From Candidatus Crickella merdequi (GTDB lineage Bacteria; Bacillota; Clostridia; Peptostreptococcales; Anaerovoracaceae): 64,000 nucleotides of DNA. The position numbers were made by a program, and so were the translations under genes. The stretch lies in the NCBI GenBank assembly GCA_018064645.1, contig JAGHUT010000064.1:3965-67964 (forward strand), given 5' to 3'. Below, piece by piece: positions 43,869-53,350 of this stretch (position 1 is the first letter of the stretch; each line of letters starts with the position of its first letter). The notes below the pieces were generated by a model. The model did not search any database. It was not told the origin of the DNA and saw only the letters and a list, made by a program, of their open reading frames with translations.

Positions 43869-43880
43869 ATATGCAAGGGT

Positions 43881-44396
43881 TTACAGTGATTTCGCAAACG
43901 CTCTAATTTTCTCGTAATTCTCTTCGCACTGCTTGTCGTCGCCCCAGAATGTGAGGATTCCGGCATCTTCTGCATTTATGTAGCGAAGAATTGATTTGTA
44001 CTGAGATACGATTCCGTCATATACGCCAGGTGAACCTGAGCTGAGAATCATAGCATACTTAGTTGCGTTTGCCGGCTTGCCCGTGTTATAGAAACGTGTG
44101 ATTACCGACTGCATCTGACCGGTGAAGCCCCAGTAATATACAGGGCTGGCGATAACAACCATATCAGCCTCGTTAAGATGAGCATATATCTGATCCATAT
44201 CATCGTGCTGGATGCACTTGCTCTGACCCTGACCGTGACAGAATTCGCAGCCGAGACAGCCGTTAATCTTCATACCGCCGACTGGAGCTACAGTAACTTC
44301 GTGACCGGAAGCTTCAGCAGCTTCCTTAAAAACTTTTGTAAAAGCGGATGTGCTTCCATTTACTCTTGGGCTTCCGTTAAGAACCATAATCTTCAT
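43881..44396 (-). CDS. Iron-sulfur flavoprotein (Isf)-like NADPH-dependent FMN reductase family protein
   Basis: 171 aa. Flavodoxin-like N-terminus MKIMVLNGSPR and the compact Cys motif CLGCEFCHGQGQSKC (CX2CX2CX7C). Confidence 0.7.
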   Translation of the reverse strand: MKIMVLNGSPRVNGSTSAFTKVFKEAAEASGHEVTVAPVGGMKINGCLGCEFCHGQGQSKCIQHDDMDQIYAHLNEADMVVIASPVYYWGFTGQMQSVITRFYNTGKPANATKYAMILSSGSPGVYDGIVSQYKSILRYINAEDAGILTFWGDDKQCEENYEKIRAFAKSL

Positions 44397-44486
44397 TTCT
44401 TTTCCCTCCCGATTACTATTGTTATCTGTATTATAACATCAGGCAGGTGGTATAATTACAGCAAATATACAGATTCGAGGTGAATT

Positions 44487-44996
44487 ATGATTAAGCAGAT
44501 TCCGGAGATGAAGAACAGAATGATTAAAGGCTGCGTTGTCGACTGCGGCGGCGCTTGTGGTGACTGCACCCGTACAGGAGAGCCGCTTGACCTGAAGGGA
44601 ACACTCTACTTCGCTACGGGCGAGATAGATGCATCCGAAATCGAAGCGGCAGACAGAATCTACGTTATCGTTTCCGATGGAATAGATGAGGATACAGAAG
44701 AGGCATTTGCTGCAATAAGGGAGAAATTCGGCGACAAGGCATACTGCTTCGCCGCAGGCGAATACCCTCTTGACAAAAGCCGTCTTTTCTCAAGAATGGC
44801 AGAACTCAAGGACGAGGAAAACATTTTTGTCAGACCAATTGCCTGTGCCGGCTTCGAGGGGCTGCGCCACGTGGTGAATAGCGGAACTTGTCCGGCACCA
44901 GACGATAATTCAGCAATATACGTCTGGGCCTTGAATGGAGAAGAACCGTCATCGGAAGAGTTCCTTACGTATTATGAGATGGGAAAACGCAGCTAG
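44487..44996 (+). CDS. Hypothetical Cys-rich acidic protein
   Basis: 169 aa with N-terminal GCVVDCGGACGDC. I recognise no family. The 3' end overlaps the convergent hydrogenase gene by 32 nt. Confidence 0.5.
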   Translation: MIKQIPEMKNRMIKGCVVDCGGACGDCTRTGEPLDLKGTLYFATGEIDASEIEAADRIYVIVSDGIDEDTEEAFAAIREKFGDKAYCFAAGEYPLDKSRLFSRMAELKDEENIFVRPIACAGFEGLRHVVNSGTCPAPDDNSAIYVWALNGEEPSSEEFLTYYEMGKRS

Positions 44997-46407
44997 CCAC
45001 ATTCTCTTTAATTGAGGTATGGGATGCTTCTGCAGCATGTTCATCTGTTCTGTTTGCGTTTTTGTCGATTTTGCGCAGACAGCCGGCTCCGCGAATGCAG
45101 CCGCCGTCACATGCCATGCCTTCAATGTAATTCTCGTTTAGAACACCCTTGCTCGCCTTGAGCAGGGTTGTTTTTATTTGTGAAAGACCTGTTGTTGATA
45201 TTGCGTTAACTTCAAAATCACTTTCTCTTTCCTCGAGAGATCTCTGAAGAGCGCCGATAACACCGCCGGCATGGGCAAAGCGTCGGCCATATCCTGTAGC
45301 TTCGTCAAGAGGTGTCTCCTCAAGGTTCTGAACAACAATGTCTCTGCTGTCAAAAAGAGCAGCAAGTTCTTCAAAGGTCAGCACTGAATCAACGAAAGGC
45401 GCTGCCTTGTCCAGTTTGATCTCAGCCTTCTTGGCAGTACAAGGTCCAATGAAGACAACCTTCGCATCGGGATTATTCTGCTTAATAAGCTTTCCGGTGA
45501 CAACCATCGGTGAAGGCATCTCGGACATTTTGTCTGCAAGATTTGGATGCTTCTGCTCAACATAGGTGACAAAAGCAGGGCAGCAGGAGCTGAGAAGTTC
45601 ACCTTTTTCCTCAATCTCGATTGATTCTTCGTATGCTACGATGTCGGCTCCGTAAGCAGCCTCGTGAACCTCTGCGAAACCCAGCTGATGAAGTGCAGTG
45701 ATTGTCTGTCCGTAACTTGCTGGAGGACACTGGGATGCAATGGCCGGAGCAAGAACGGCAACGACCGGATATTTACTGTTGTTCTCGCTGTCAAGAATCA
45801 TTCTGATAACATCAGAAATAAAAGACTTATCTACAGCCGCGCCGAAAGGACATCTTGAAACGCATGCACCGCAGTGAGTGCATTTTTCCTCTGTGATAAC
45901 AGCCTCACCAGTCTTTGCCATGTGAATAGCGCCTGGAACACAGGCAGTCTCGCATGGTCTCTTGAAATTATGAATAGCAGTGTAAGGGCAGGCCTTAGCA
46001 CACTGGCCGCACTCTACACATTTGCTCTTATCAATCTTCGCACGATTCTCAGGCGTGTATGTAATGGCGCCGAGCCTGCAAGCACCTTCACAGGCGTGAG
46101 CCAGGCAGCCACGGCACAGATCTGTAACAACATGACCAGCTTCAGGACACTCATCGCAGATGAGCGAAATAACTTCAATTACATTGTTGTTGGCACGATT
46201 GCCGCCAAGAGCCAGCTTAATTCTTTCAGCCAGCTTAGCCCTGTCCTTATAGATGCAGCAGCTTCTCAGAGGGGCATCCTCTTTGATAATTACTGAAGCA
46301 ATCTCATCGAATACAGTAAAAACCTGAGTGCCTTCCCACAGACATTTTGCAACCTCACGAAGAACCTCATTCTTTACGACCTGTACATTAGAATCGAAAC
46401 GTCTCAT
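44965..46407 (-). CDS. [FeFe] hydrogenase-family protein, monomeric group-B-like (two ferredoxin-type 4Fe-4S motifs + H-domain)
   Basis: 480 aa. CVECGQCAKACP and CTHCGACVSRCP motifs. H-cluster motifs SSCCPAF (L1), IGPCTAKKAE (L2) and EGMACDGGCIRGAG (L3, lacking the group-A GGGQP tail). Confidence 0.8.
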   Translation of the reverse strand: MRRFDSNVQVVKNEVLREVAKCLWEGTQVFTVFDEIASVIIKEDAPLRSCCIYKDRAKLAERIKLALGGNRANNNVIEVISLICDECPEAGHVVTDLCRGCLAHACEGACRLGAITYTPENRAKIDKSKCVECGQCAKACPYTAIHNFKRPCETACVPGAIHMAKTGEAVITEEKCTHCGACVSRCPFGAAVDKSFISDVIRMILDSENNSKYPVVAVLAPAIASQCPPASYGQTITALHQLGFAEVHEAAYGADIVAYEESIEIEEKGELLSSCCPAFVTYVEQKHPNLADKMSEMPSPMVVTGKLIKQNNPDAKVVFIGPCTAKKAEIKLDKAAPFVDSVLTFEELAALFDSRDIVVQNLEETPLDEATGYGRRFAHAGGVIGALQRSLEERESDFEVNAISTTGLSQIKTTLLKASKGVLNENYIEGMACDGGCIRGAGCLRKIDKNANRTDEHAAEASHTSIKENVASCVFPSHNT

Positions 46408-46585
46408 ATATTCCCCTTTACAACTATCTCAAAATATTAGAAAAGATATCAAAAACAACAAAAAGAAATGCCAGCGGCATCTCTTTCCATTACACCATAT
46501 ACATTCTACATTCATTCTACAAGATGGACGTCCAAAGGTTACAACTCCTATGGTTTCCAACGTCGCAATATTACCATATATCCGA

Positions 46586-46897
46586 CTAATATTCAAGCCC
46601 ATATGGCCAGCCTGCAAGACCTCCAACATCATAAATGCTCTCGTAGCCCCAGTCCTCAAGAAGTCTTGCCGCTTTCATGCTGCGTCTTCCGGAACGGCAG
46701 TATACAATGACAGGAGTTGATTTTGAAGGAATCAGCTCGGCTGCGCGCTCTACGCAGATCTCAGACATTGGCAGAAGTTCAGCACCGACTGCGTGGCCTG
46801 TGATATATTCGCTCTCCTCTCGAACATCAATCATAACAATGTTATCAAGAGAGTCGAGAAGTTGCTTTGCTTCCTCAAAAGAAATATTAAGAATCAT
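46586..46897 (-). CDS. Single-domain rhodanese-like sulfurtransferase
   Basis: Active-site loop YCRSGRRS. ATG 46897 follows aaaggag; the ORF-track start at 46912 lacks an RBS. Confidence 0.8.
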   Translation of the reverse strand: MILNISFEEAKQLLDSLDNIVMIDVREESEYITGHAVGAELLPMSEICVERAAELIPSKSTPVIVYCRSGRRSMKAARLLEDWGYESIYDVGGLAGWPYGLEY

Positions 46898-46944
46898 AAG
46901 ATCTCCTTTCATAGAAAACGGGTCCCCCGGCAGGGAACCCGCTA

Positions 46945-47020
46945 TGGTGTCCCGAAGAGGATTCGAACCTCCGACACCCGCTTTAGGAGAGCGGTGCTCT
47001 GTCCCCTGAGCTACCGAGAC
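46945..47020 (-). tRNA. tRNA-Arg (anticodon CCU), CCA encoded
   Basis: Manual cloverleaf of 76 nt on the minus strand. Acceptor gtctcgg/tcgggac, D-arm gctc-aggggaca-gagc, anticodon arm ccgct-cuCCUaa-agcgg, T-arm ggagg-ttcgaat-cctct, then a-cca. Confidence 0.85.
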
Positions 47021-47194
47021 ACATTGACTGTAAAGATTAAACTTTAATACAGCACAGAAATAATATCATAAGAGAGGCAATGTTTCAACACGACCCTTGA
47101 AAGCCACTCTTTTCATGGATTATAATAGAATATCTGAGGAAAACTCAGATGTTTTGTTGACGACAAATTTCAACGAGGCAGGAAGGAAAAAGAA

Positions 47195-48565
47195 ATGTAT
47201 AACATTAATCAAGTTCAAAGCGAATACATGACCAAGCTCATTTCTGCAGACTATGCAGCAAATCTGGTCAAGAGCAATTATCGAATCAATTTCGGTGTTG
47301 GAACAGGTACTTCTGTTTATATGGACAGAGCTCTAGCTAACCGTCTTAAGAACGATACTTTACTACGCGGACTTGAGATTCAGACAGAGATTGCAATCAG
47401 AAGAGACCTTCTTGAGACATACAAGGCAACAACATCAGTAGACCAGTGCAGATTCTATGCATCACACTTTGGTGTGCATGACAGAACTATGCAGCAGGAG
47501 GGCAACTGCTGGTTCGTTCCTATTCTCTTTAATGAAGAACCTCTTTACTGGTCGCAGGAAGGAAACGGCTTCGACATCTGCTGCTTCCAGGTAGCGCCTA
47601 TGGACAAATACGGCAACTTCAACTTCGGACCTGTTAATGCCGACCTTTGGGGAATCATCAAGAATTCAAAGACAGTAATCGTAGAGGTTAATGAGAGCAT
47701 GCCGATTGCTCTTGGCTACGACTCACACATTAATATTTCTGAAATCAGTTATATCATCGAGGGAGAGAATCCACCTCTGCCGGAGATGCTTCCTAAGCCG
47801 GCTACTGAAGAGGATAGAAGAATTGCCGAGTTCATTGTAGACAAGGTAAGCAACTTCAGCACACTGCAGCTTGGAGTAGGAGCTGTTCCTAACAGTGTAG
47901 GAACAATGCTTGCAGACTCAGATATAAGAGATCTGTCAGCTCACAGCGAAATGTTCGTAGACGGATATGTAGATCTCTATAATGCAGGTAAGCTTACAAA
48001 TAGAAAATCAAGAGACAAGGGCCTTTCGGTATATACTTTTGCCGGTGGAAGCAAGAGGGTATACGACTTCGTAGATGACAACCCTATCTGCCGCAGCGCC
48101 CCTGTTGAGTATGTAAATAATGTACATACAATATCAGAGTTTGATAACTTCGTTTCTATCAATGGATGTATCGGTATCGACCTGTATGGACAGGTTTGTG
48201 CCGAGAGTGCAGGCTTCCGCCATGTAAGCGGAACTGGCGGACAGCTGGATTTCGTACTTGGAGCATTCCTTTCGAAGAGAGGTAACAGCTTCATCTGCAC
48301 ACATTCAACAAGAGTAGACAAGAAGGGTCAGAAGCACTCACTTCTTCACCCAACCCTGCCTGCAGGTTCAATTGTTACTACACCAAGAGCTGCTGTAAAC
48401 TATGTAGTTACTGAGTTTGGTGGAGTTAACCTCAAGGGTAAGTCAACCTGGCAGAGAGCAGAGATGCTCATAAGCATTGCTCATCCTGAATTCAGAGAGG
48501 ACCTCATCAAGGAAGCAGAGAAGATGGGTATCTGGAGAAGAACAAGTAAGGGAGAATATCTCTAA
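47195..48565 (+). CDS. Acetyl-CoA hydrolase/transferase family protein; butyryl-CoA:acetate CoA-transferase-like
   Basis: 456 aa. The C-terminal ..WQRAEMLISIAHPEFREDLIKEAEKMGIWRR.. and central ..SGTGGQLDFVLGA.. segments closely resemble the Roseburia-type butyryl-CoA:acetate CoA-transferase as I recall it. Confidence 0.75.
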   Translation: MYNINQVQSEYMTKLISADYAANLVKSNYRINFGVGTGTSVYMDRALANRLKNDTLLRGLEIQTEIAIRRDLLETYKATTSVDQCRFYASHFGVHDRTMQQEGNCWFVPILFNEEPLYWSQEGNGFDICCFQVAPMDKYGNFNFGPVNADLWGIIKNSKTVIVEVNESMPIALGYDSHINISEISYIIEGENPPLPEMLPKPATEEDRRIAEFIVDKVSNFSTLQLGVGAVPNSVGTMLADSDIRDLSAHSEMFVDGYVDLYNAGKLTNRKSRDKGLSVYTFAGGSKRVYDFVDDNPICRSAPVEYVNNVHTISEFDNFVSINGCIGIDLYGQVCAESAGFRHVSGTGGQLDFVLGAFLSKRGNSFICTHSTRVDKKGQKHSLLHPTLPAGSIVTTPRAAVNYVVTEFGGVNLKGKSTWQRAEMLISIAHPEFREDLIKEAEKMGIWRRTSKGEYL

Positions 48566-49737
48566 TGTATAAAGAGTTATATAGACAGGCCTGGGTGGAG
48601 ATTGACCTTTCGGCCTTTGACCACAATATCAGAACAATAAGAGAACATCTCGGTGACGAAATTGAGATGATTGGCGTAATCAAGGCCGACGCCTATGGAC
48701 ACGGTGTGGTTGAGTGCGCACAGGTTCTTGCTGCAGAGGGAATTACAAGATTTGCAGTTGCCACAATCGATGAGGCTCTTGAGCTTAGAGAAGAGGGAAG
48801 TGATGAGGACATCATTATCCTTGGCCTTATTCCAGACAGCTGTGCAGATGTGATAGTAGAGAACGATCTGACTGCCGTGGTTGGAAGTATCGATACTGCA
48901 AAAGCTCTTGCAGAGGCTGCAGGAGAAGGCAGAGCCAAGATGCTTTTTGCAATAGACACAGGCATGGGCAGAATCGGATACAGAACTATGTGCGAAGAAG
49001 AGCTTGATGCCGCTGCAGATGCTTATGAGGCAATCCTTGCGATGGATAATATCAGCATCGAAGGAATCATTACACACTTCTCAACTGCTGATGAAGAGCA
49101 GCGCGAGTATACAGAGGCACAGATAGAGAGATATAACAGTTTCTGCAGCAAGCTTGCTGACAGAGGAATTACAGATATCTGCAGGATTGCGGCTAACAGT
49201 GCAGCAATTATGGTTCATCCTGATGCGCATTTTGAGGCGGCAAGACCTGGAATTATACTGTACGGATGTTATCCTTCGCCTTATCTCATCGGTAAGGCGA
49301 TTGAACTTGAGCCGGTAATGTCTGTCAAGGCGGAGATTGTCAATATAAAGACTGTTCCTGCCGGCACATCTGTAAGCTACGGCCGCAAATTCACAAGCGA
49401 GAAGGAGACAATAATCGCAACTCTTCCACTTGGTTACGCTGACGGCTATAAGAGAAGCCTTTCCGGCAAGGTTGAGGTTCTCATCGATGGAAAAAGAGTT
49501 CCTGTAATCGGCAACATCTGCATGGATCAGTGCATGATCGATGTTACTGACATTGCCGATGCAAAGGTGGGAACAGAGGTTACTATAATGGGCAGATCAG
49601 GCGATGATGCAGTTACAGCAGACGAGCTGGCAGGCCTTATTGGAACTATCAACTACGAGATTACATGCGGTTTCGGACAGAGACTGCCTAAGCTGTTTGT
49701 TAACTGTCCCGAGGCTGTAATGGAGCTGGCGGAGTAA
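48565..49737 (+). CDS. alr: Alanine racemase
   Basis: 390 aa with the PLP-Lys motif VIKADAYGHG and a C-terminal beta-domain. TAATG overlap with the upstream gene. Confidence 0.9.
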   Translation: MYKELYRQAWVEIDLSAFDHNIRTIREHLGDEIEMIGVIKADAYGHGVVECAQVLAAEGITRFAVATIDEALELREEGSDEDIIILGLIPDSCADVIVENDLTAVVGSIDTAKALAEAAGEGRAKMLFAIDTGMGRIGYRTMCEEELDAAADAYEAILAMDNISIEGIITHFSTADEEQREYTEAQIERYNSFCSKLADRGITDICRIAANSAAIMVHPDAHFEAARPGIILYGCYPSPYLIGKAIELEPVMSVKAEIVNIKTVPAGTSVSYGRKFTSEKETIIATLPLGYADGYKRSLSGKVEVLIDGKRVPVIGNICMDQCMIDVTDIADAKVGTEVTIMGRSGDDAVTADELAGLIGTINYEITCGFGQRLPKLFVNCPEAVMELAE

Positions 49738-49740
49738 AAT

Positions 49741-50313
49741 ATGGATTTTTGGGCACAATGGACCCAGGCAGACGGGCAGCTGCTGATCGGGCTTCAGCGG
49801 ATTTTTGTTCACGATGGGCTTACGCCAGTAATGAAGGCCATATCATTGCTGGGTGATGCGGGAGCATTCTGGATTCTTCTTTGTCTTGCTCTGATTGCGT
49901 TCCGGAAGACGAGAAAAATCGGAATTCTCGCCGGCGTGAGTCTGGTGCTCTGCTTCATCTGCTGCAATCTATGTATTAAGCCGGTCGTTGATAGAACGAG
50001 ACCGTGGATTCTCTTCGACCAGGTTATGAGGCTTATTCCTGATCCTGGCGATTCGTCGTTTCCATCAGGTCATTCCGCTGCTTCTATGGCTCCTGCAATG
50101 GCGATTCTGCTTAATGGAGCAAACAAAAAATATGGAGCGGCAGCTGTTACGCTGGCGATTCTTATAGGTTTCTCAAGGTTGTACCTTGGCGTGCATTTCC
50201 CTTCGGATGTATGTGGAGGACTGATCCTTGGAGTAATATGTGCATGTATTGTTTATTACGCCAACAAGTGGCGTGAAAGGAGTTTGAATCATGAAGTATC
50301 AAATCAAAGATGA
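49741..50313 (+). CDS. PAP2-family phosphatase (BcrC-like undecaprenyl-diphosphatase candidate)
   Basis: Membrane protein with the acid-phosphatase motifs KPVVDRTRP, PSGHS and SRLYLGVHFPSDV. Confidence 0.8.
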   Translation: MDFWAQWTQADGQLLIGLQRIFVHDGLTPVMKAISLLGDAGAFWILLCLALIAFRKTRKIGILAGVSLVLCFICCNLCIKPVVDRTRPWILFDQVMRLIPDPGDSSFPSGHSAASMAPAMAILLNGANKKYGAAAVTLAILIGFSRLYLGVHFPSDVCGGLILGVICACIVYYANKWRERSLNHEVSNQR

Positions 50314-50962
50314 GCCGTTTACAATTCTCGTATGTAAGATGAATGCCGGAGAGAGTCTTAAGTGTCAGTCTGGCGCAATGGCATGGATGACACCTGGAAT
50401 CTCAATGGAGACAAAGGCCGGTGGTCTTGGTGGTGCATTTAAGAAGGCTCTTATTGGAGAGTCCCTTTTCCTCAGCACATATACAGCAAATTCAGATGGA
50501 GAAATTGCTTTTGCCAAGAGGCTTCCAGGAGAGATTCTTGCATTTAACATAGGAGAGACTCCGCTTATTGCACAGAAGGGATCATTCCTTGCATCAACAC
50601 CTAATGTGCAAATGGACATCTACCTTCAGAAGAAGATTGGCGCAGGCCTTGTTGGTGGAGAAGGATTCATTATGCAGAAGTTCAGCGGAACTGGTTATGT
50701 ATTCCTCGAGATTGATGGAGCAACCGAAATAAAGGAGCTCGCTCCGGGAGAGAAGCTCGTTATAGACAGCGGATATATTGCAGCTATGGATGCAACATGT
50801 TCAATGGATATCCAGATGATCAAAGGTTTTGCTAATGTAATTGGAGGCGGTGAGGGTCTTTTCAACACAGTAGTAACCGGACCTGGAAGAGTATGGCTGC
50901 AGACAATGCCGGTATCAACACTTGCAAATGCAATCGCAAGATACCTGCCACCTAGCAACTAA
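50291..50962 (+). CDS. AIM24/TIGR00266 (DUF124) family protein
   Basis: 223 aa. MKYQIKDEPFTILVCKMNAGESLKCQSGAMAWM and the GGGEGLF segment are typical of the family. Confidence 0.7.
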   Translation: MKYQIKDEPFTILVCKMNAGESLKCQSGAMAWMTPGISMETKAGGLGGAFKKALIGESLFLSTYTANSDGEIAFAKRLPGEILAFNIGETPLIAQKGSFLASTPNVQMDIYLQKKIGAGLVGGEGFIMQKFSGTGYVFLEIDGATEIKELAPGEKLVIDSGYIAAMDATCSMDIQMIKGFANVIGGGEGLFNTVVTGPGRVWLQTMPVSTLANAIARYLPPSN

Positions 50963-50992
50963 TTCAAATAGTATAGACTGGAGATATGAAGA

Positions 50993-51364
50993 ATGAAGAC
51001 AACTAAAAGAATTCTTGCACTTGTACTTGCTCTTGTTATGGTATTTGCTCTTACAGGATGCTCAGATGAAATAAAGATGGTAGGCCGCTGGAATATTACA
51101 AAGGTAACAGCGGGCGACTTTGTTATGGACCAGGATGAGCTTAACGATCTCGGTCTCAGCTCAGCAGGCTATTTAAAGCTGAACAAGAGCGGAAGCTGTG
51201 TTGTTAATCTGCTGGGTGATGAATATGAGGGAACCTGGGAGCTTAACGACAATGGAGAGGCAGTTGTTACTTACGGCAAGGACCTGAAAGGCACAGCCAC
51301 ACGAGATGATAAGGTTATCACTTTCATAGATTCAGCTGGTAATGAATACGAGATGGAGAAGTAA
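50993..51364 (+). CDS. Small lipoprotein (lipocalin-like)
   Basis: Signal peptide ending in the lipobox LTGCS. Confidence 0.65.
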   Translation: MKTTKRILALVLALVMVFALTGCSDEIKMVGRWNITKVTAGDFVMDQDELNDLGLSSAGYLKLNKSGSCVVNLLGDEYEGTWELNDNGEAVVTYGKDLKGTATRDDKVITFIDSAGNEYEMEK

Positions 51365-52083
51365 TGATCCGAATCGGAAATGACTGGGATGAAGTTCTGA
51401 AGAATGAATTTGAGAAGGAATACTTTCTTGAACTGAGAGAATTCCTTAAGGAGGAATACAGCATCGCTACAGTGTATCCGCCTGCAGAGGATATATTCAG
51501 AGCTTTCGCACTTACATCTTATAACGACACTAAAGTTGTAATACTGGGACAGGATCCCTATCACGAGCCGGGCCAGGCACAGGGCCTGGCTTTTTCCGTG
51601 CCCGAGGGCACACCATATCCGCCTTCTCTTCGGAACATATTCAAAGAACTGTCAGAGGATGCGGGCCTTACCGGCAGATTCAAGGGTAAAGCAGCACCGG
51701 AAGCAGAACCGGGAGATGGCATCCTCGTTCCATGGGCGAAGCAGGGCGTGCTTCTTCTCAATACTGCGCTGACAGTAAGAGCTCACGAAGCAGCGTCACA
51801 CAAGGGCAAAGGCTGGGAGATTTTTACCGATGAGGTAATAAGACTTCTCGCGGAGAGGAACAAGCCTCTCGTGTTTATTCTCTGGGGCGCTCCTGCGGGA
51901 AAGAAAAAAGACCTTATTCTCGCTGCCCAGGCTAAGGCGGGAACAAAGCATCTGATTATAACGGCACCGCATCCAAGTCCTCTTTCCGCTCACAGAGGTT
52001 TCTTCGGGGGAAGATATTACAGCAGATGCAATTATTTCCTTTGTGACAATGGACAGGAACCAATTTGCTGGGATATTGGGTAA
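51364..52083 (+). CDS. ung: Uracil-DNA glycosylase
   Basis: GQDPYH, GVLLLNT and [13 protein letters not shown] motifs. Confidence 0.92.
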   Translation: MIRIGNDWDEVLKNEFEKEYFLELREFLKEEYSIATVYPPAEDIFRAFALTSYNDTKVVILGQDPYHEPGQAQGLAFSVPEGTPYPPSLRNIFKELSEDAGLTGRFKGKAAPEAEPGDGILVPWAKQGVLLLNTALTVRAHEAASHKGKGWEIFTDEVIRLLAERNKPLVFILWGAPAGKKKDLILAAQAKAGTKHLIITAPHPSPLSAHRGFFGGRYYSRCNYFLCDNGQEPICWDIG

Positions 52084-52188
52084 TTTCATTAAATAACCAC
52101 ACAAAAGACAAGATTGATAATAACAAAAATGTTATTATGTGCTAGTGCTTGGGGCACAGTTATATATTGAAGGAGAAGAATTAATATT

Positions 52189-52644
52189 ATGAATGACAAG
52201 AAGTTCAGAAAATCACCGATCGCCATTGCCTGCTATGTAATCGCAGCGCTTCTTATGGTATACACGCTTTTTACACTTAAGAGCACTGTTGCATACATTG
52301 TTGGTTATCTTGGCTCATACGGCATGACAATTATGGATAACTTTGGTGACTCAGTATCATATATCCTTACAGCAGTAGTGCAGCCACTTGTGCTTACAAT
52401 TGTTGTATTCATGGCAGGATACATTCTTGAGGAGGTTCGCTCCCTTAACCCTGATTATTACTACACAGATGAGGAGTGGGCAGCAAAGAAGGAAGCTAAG
52501 GCTGCTGCAAAGGCGGCTAAGGCTGCTGCAAAGGAAGCAGCAAAAACAGCTAAGAAGGCTGTAGAGGAGACGGCGACAGAGGCGGCAGTTGAAGCTGAAG
52601 AGGCTGTAGAAGAAGCAATCGAAGAAGCAGCAGAAGAGAACTAA
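52189..52644 (+). CDS. Membrane protein with an Ala/Lys/Glu-rich low-complexity tail
   Basis: Two TM helices followed by AKKEAKAAAKAAKAAAKEAAKTAKKAVEE... Confidence 0.55.
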   Translation: MNDKKFRKSPIAIACYVIAALLMVYTLFTLKSTVAYIVGYLGSYGMTIMDNFGDSVSYILTAVVQPLVLTIVVFMAGYILEEVRSLNPDYYYTDEEWAAKKEAKAAAKAAKAAAKEAAKTAKKAVEETATEAAVEAEEAVEEAIEEAAEEN

Positions 52645-52647
52645 TTT

Positions 52648-53046
52648 ATGCTTGAGGTACGACACAATCGAATATTACCGGCTGATTATATGAAGCTTCG
52701 CAGCAGATGCGGTATTGAGCCCTGCAAGGAGATCAGTGCAGTCGGTGCAATTAAGCAGAGCATTTATACGGTGGGGTTCTATCACGGCGACCAGATAATT
52801 GCTTTTGGCAGAGTCTGCGGCGACGGCTGTCTTAGCGCGCTTGTCTGTGATCTTATGATTGATCCAAAGTACGCAGGAAGTAAGCTGATGCCGGCACTTG
52901 TCAAAGATATAGAAGATTATCTGAGAGAAACCGTCAATAATGACACTGAAGTGCTTGTTAAGGTCGATGCGCCTATGGATAAGTTGTTCGCCAGATTCGG
53001 ATACAAGTACTTCGATACAGATTATGAGCTTGTAATGAAGCGATAA
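52648..53046 (+). CDS. GNAT-family N-acetyltransferase (small)
   Basis: 132 aa with a GNAT-like core (..IIAFGRVCGDG..ALVCDLMIDPKYAG..). Confidence 0.6.
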   Translation: MLEVRHNRILPADYMKLRSRCGIEPCKEISAVGAIKQSIYTVGFYHGDQIIAFGRVCGDGCLSALVCDLMIDPKYAGSKLMPALVKDIEDYLRETVNNDTEVLVKVDAPMDKLFARFGYKYFDTDYELVMKR

Positions 53047-53062
53047 TAATTTAAGATTGTGT

Positions 53063-53091
53063 TTGTGTAAATTGCTGTACAGTGGTATAAT
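53063..53091 (+). promoter_or_regulatory. Promoter of the thiW-thiM-thiE-thiD operon
   Basis: -35 TTGTGT (53063-53068), 17-nt spacer, extended -10 TGgTATAAT (53083-53091). Confidence 0.6.
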
Positions 53092-53112
53092 CGTTGTGCA
53101 GTTTAATAAAAA

Positions 53113-53246
53113 GAGGGGAGCTTGCGATTGCAGGCTGAGAGTAAGTTCAGACTTAGACCCTTTAACCTGATTTGGATAATGCCAACGTAGGGACAATAGT
53201 AAGCGTAGAACAAGCGGATGTCCCTGGAGGGATGTCCGCTTTTTAC
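53113..53246 (+). promoter_or_regulatory. TPP (THI-box) riboswitch with terminator
   Basis: GGGGAGCUUGCGAUUGCAGGCUGAGAGUAAGUUCAGACUUAGACCCUUUAACCUGAUUUGGAUAAUGCCAACGUAGGGA, then the terminator gcggatgtccc-tgga-gggatgtccgc-ttttt (53213-53245). Confidence 0.9.
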
Positions 53247-53350
53247 ATGAATCAGGCCGGCAGACCGGGGGCACCACTTTCTGCTTGAATTACCGCTGAG
53301 GCGGAGGCGCTATAATCGTTATTTCTGTTTTTTGCGACAGGAGGTATATT

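Noticed and set aside
46945-47020. tRNA-Arg(CCU) as the attachment site of an integrated element or genomic island
   Set aside because: There is no integrase, no direct repeat of the tRNA 3' end and no phage or conjugation genes on either side. The flanking genes are ordinary metabolic genes.
51364-52083. A roughly 12-aa insertion in Ung (..[14 protein letters not shown]..) relative to E. coli Ung as a notable feature
   Set aside because: It lies in a surface loop between conserved motifs, and all catalytic motifs are intact. It is likely lineage-specific loop variation.
52480-52644. Ala/Lys/Glu-rich repeat (gctaaggctgctgcaaagg x2) as a possible repeat element or array
   Set aside because: It is in-frame low-complexity coding sequence at the C-terminus of a small membrane protein. 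It has no spacer structure and no non-coding features.
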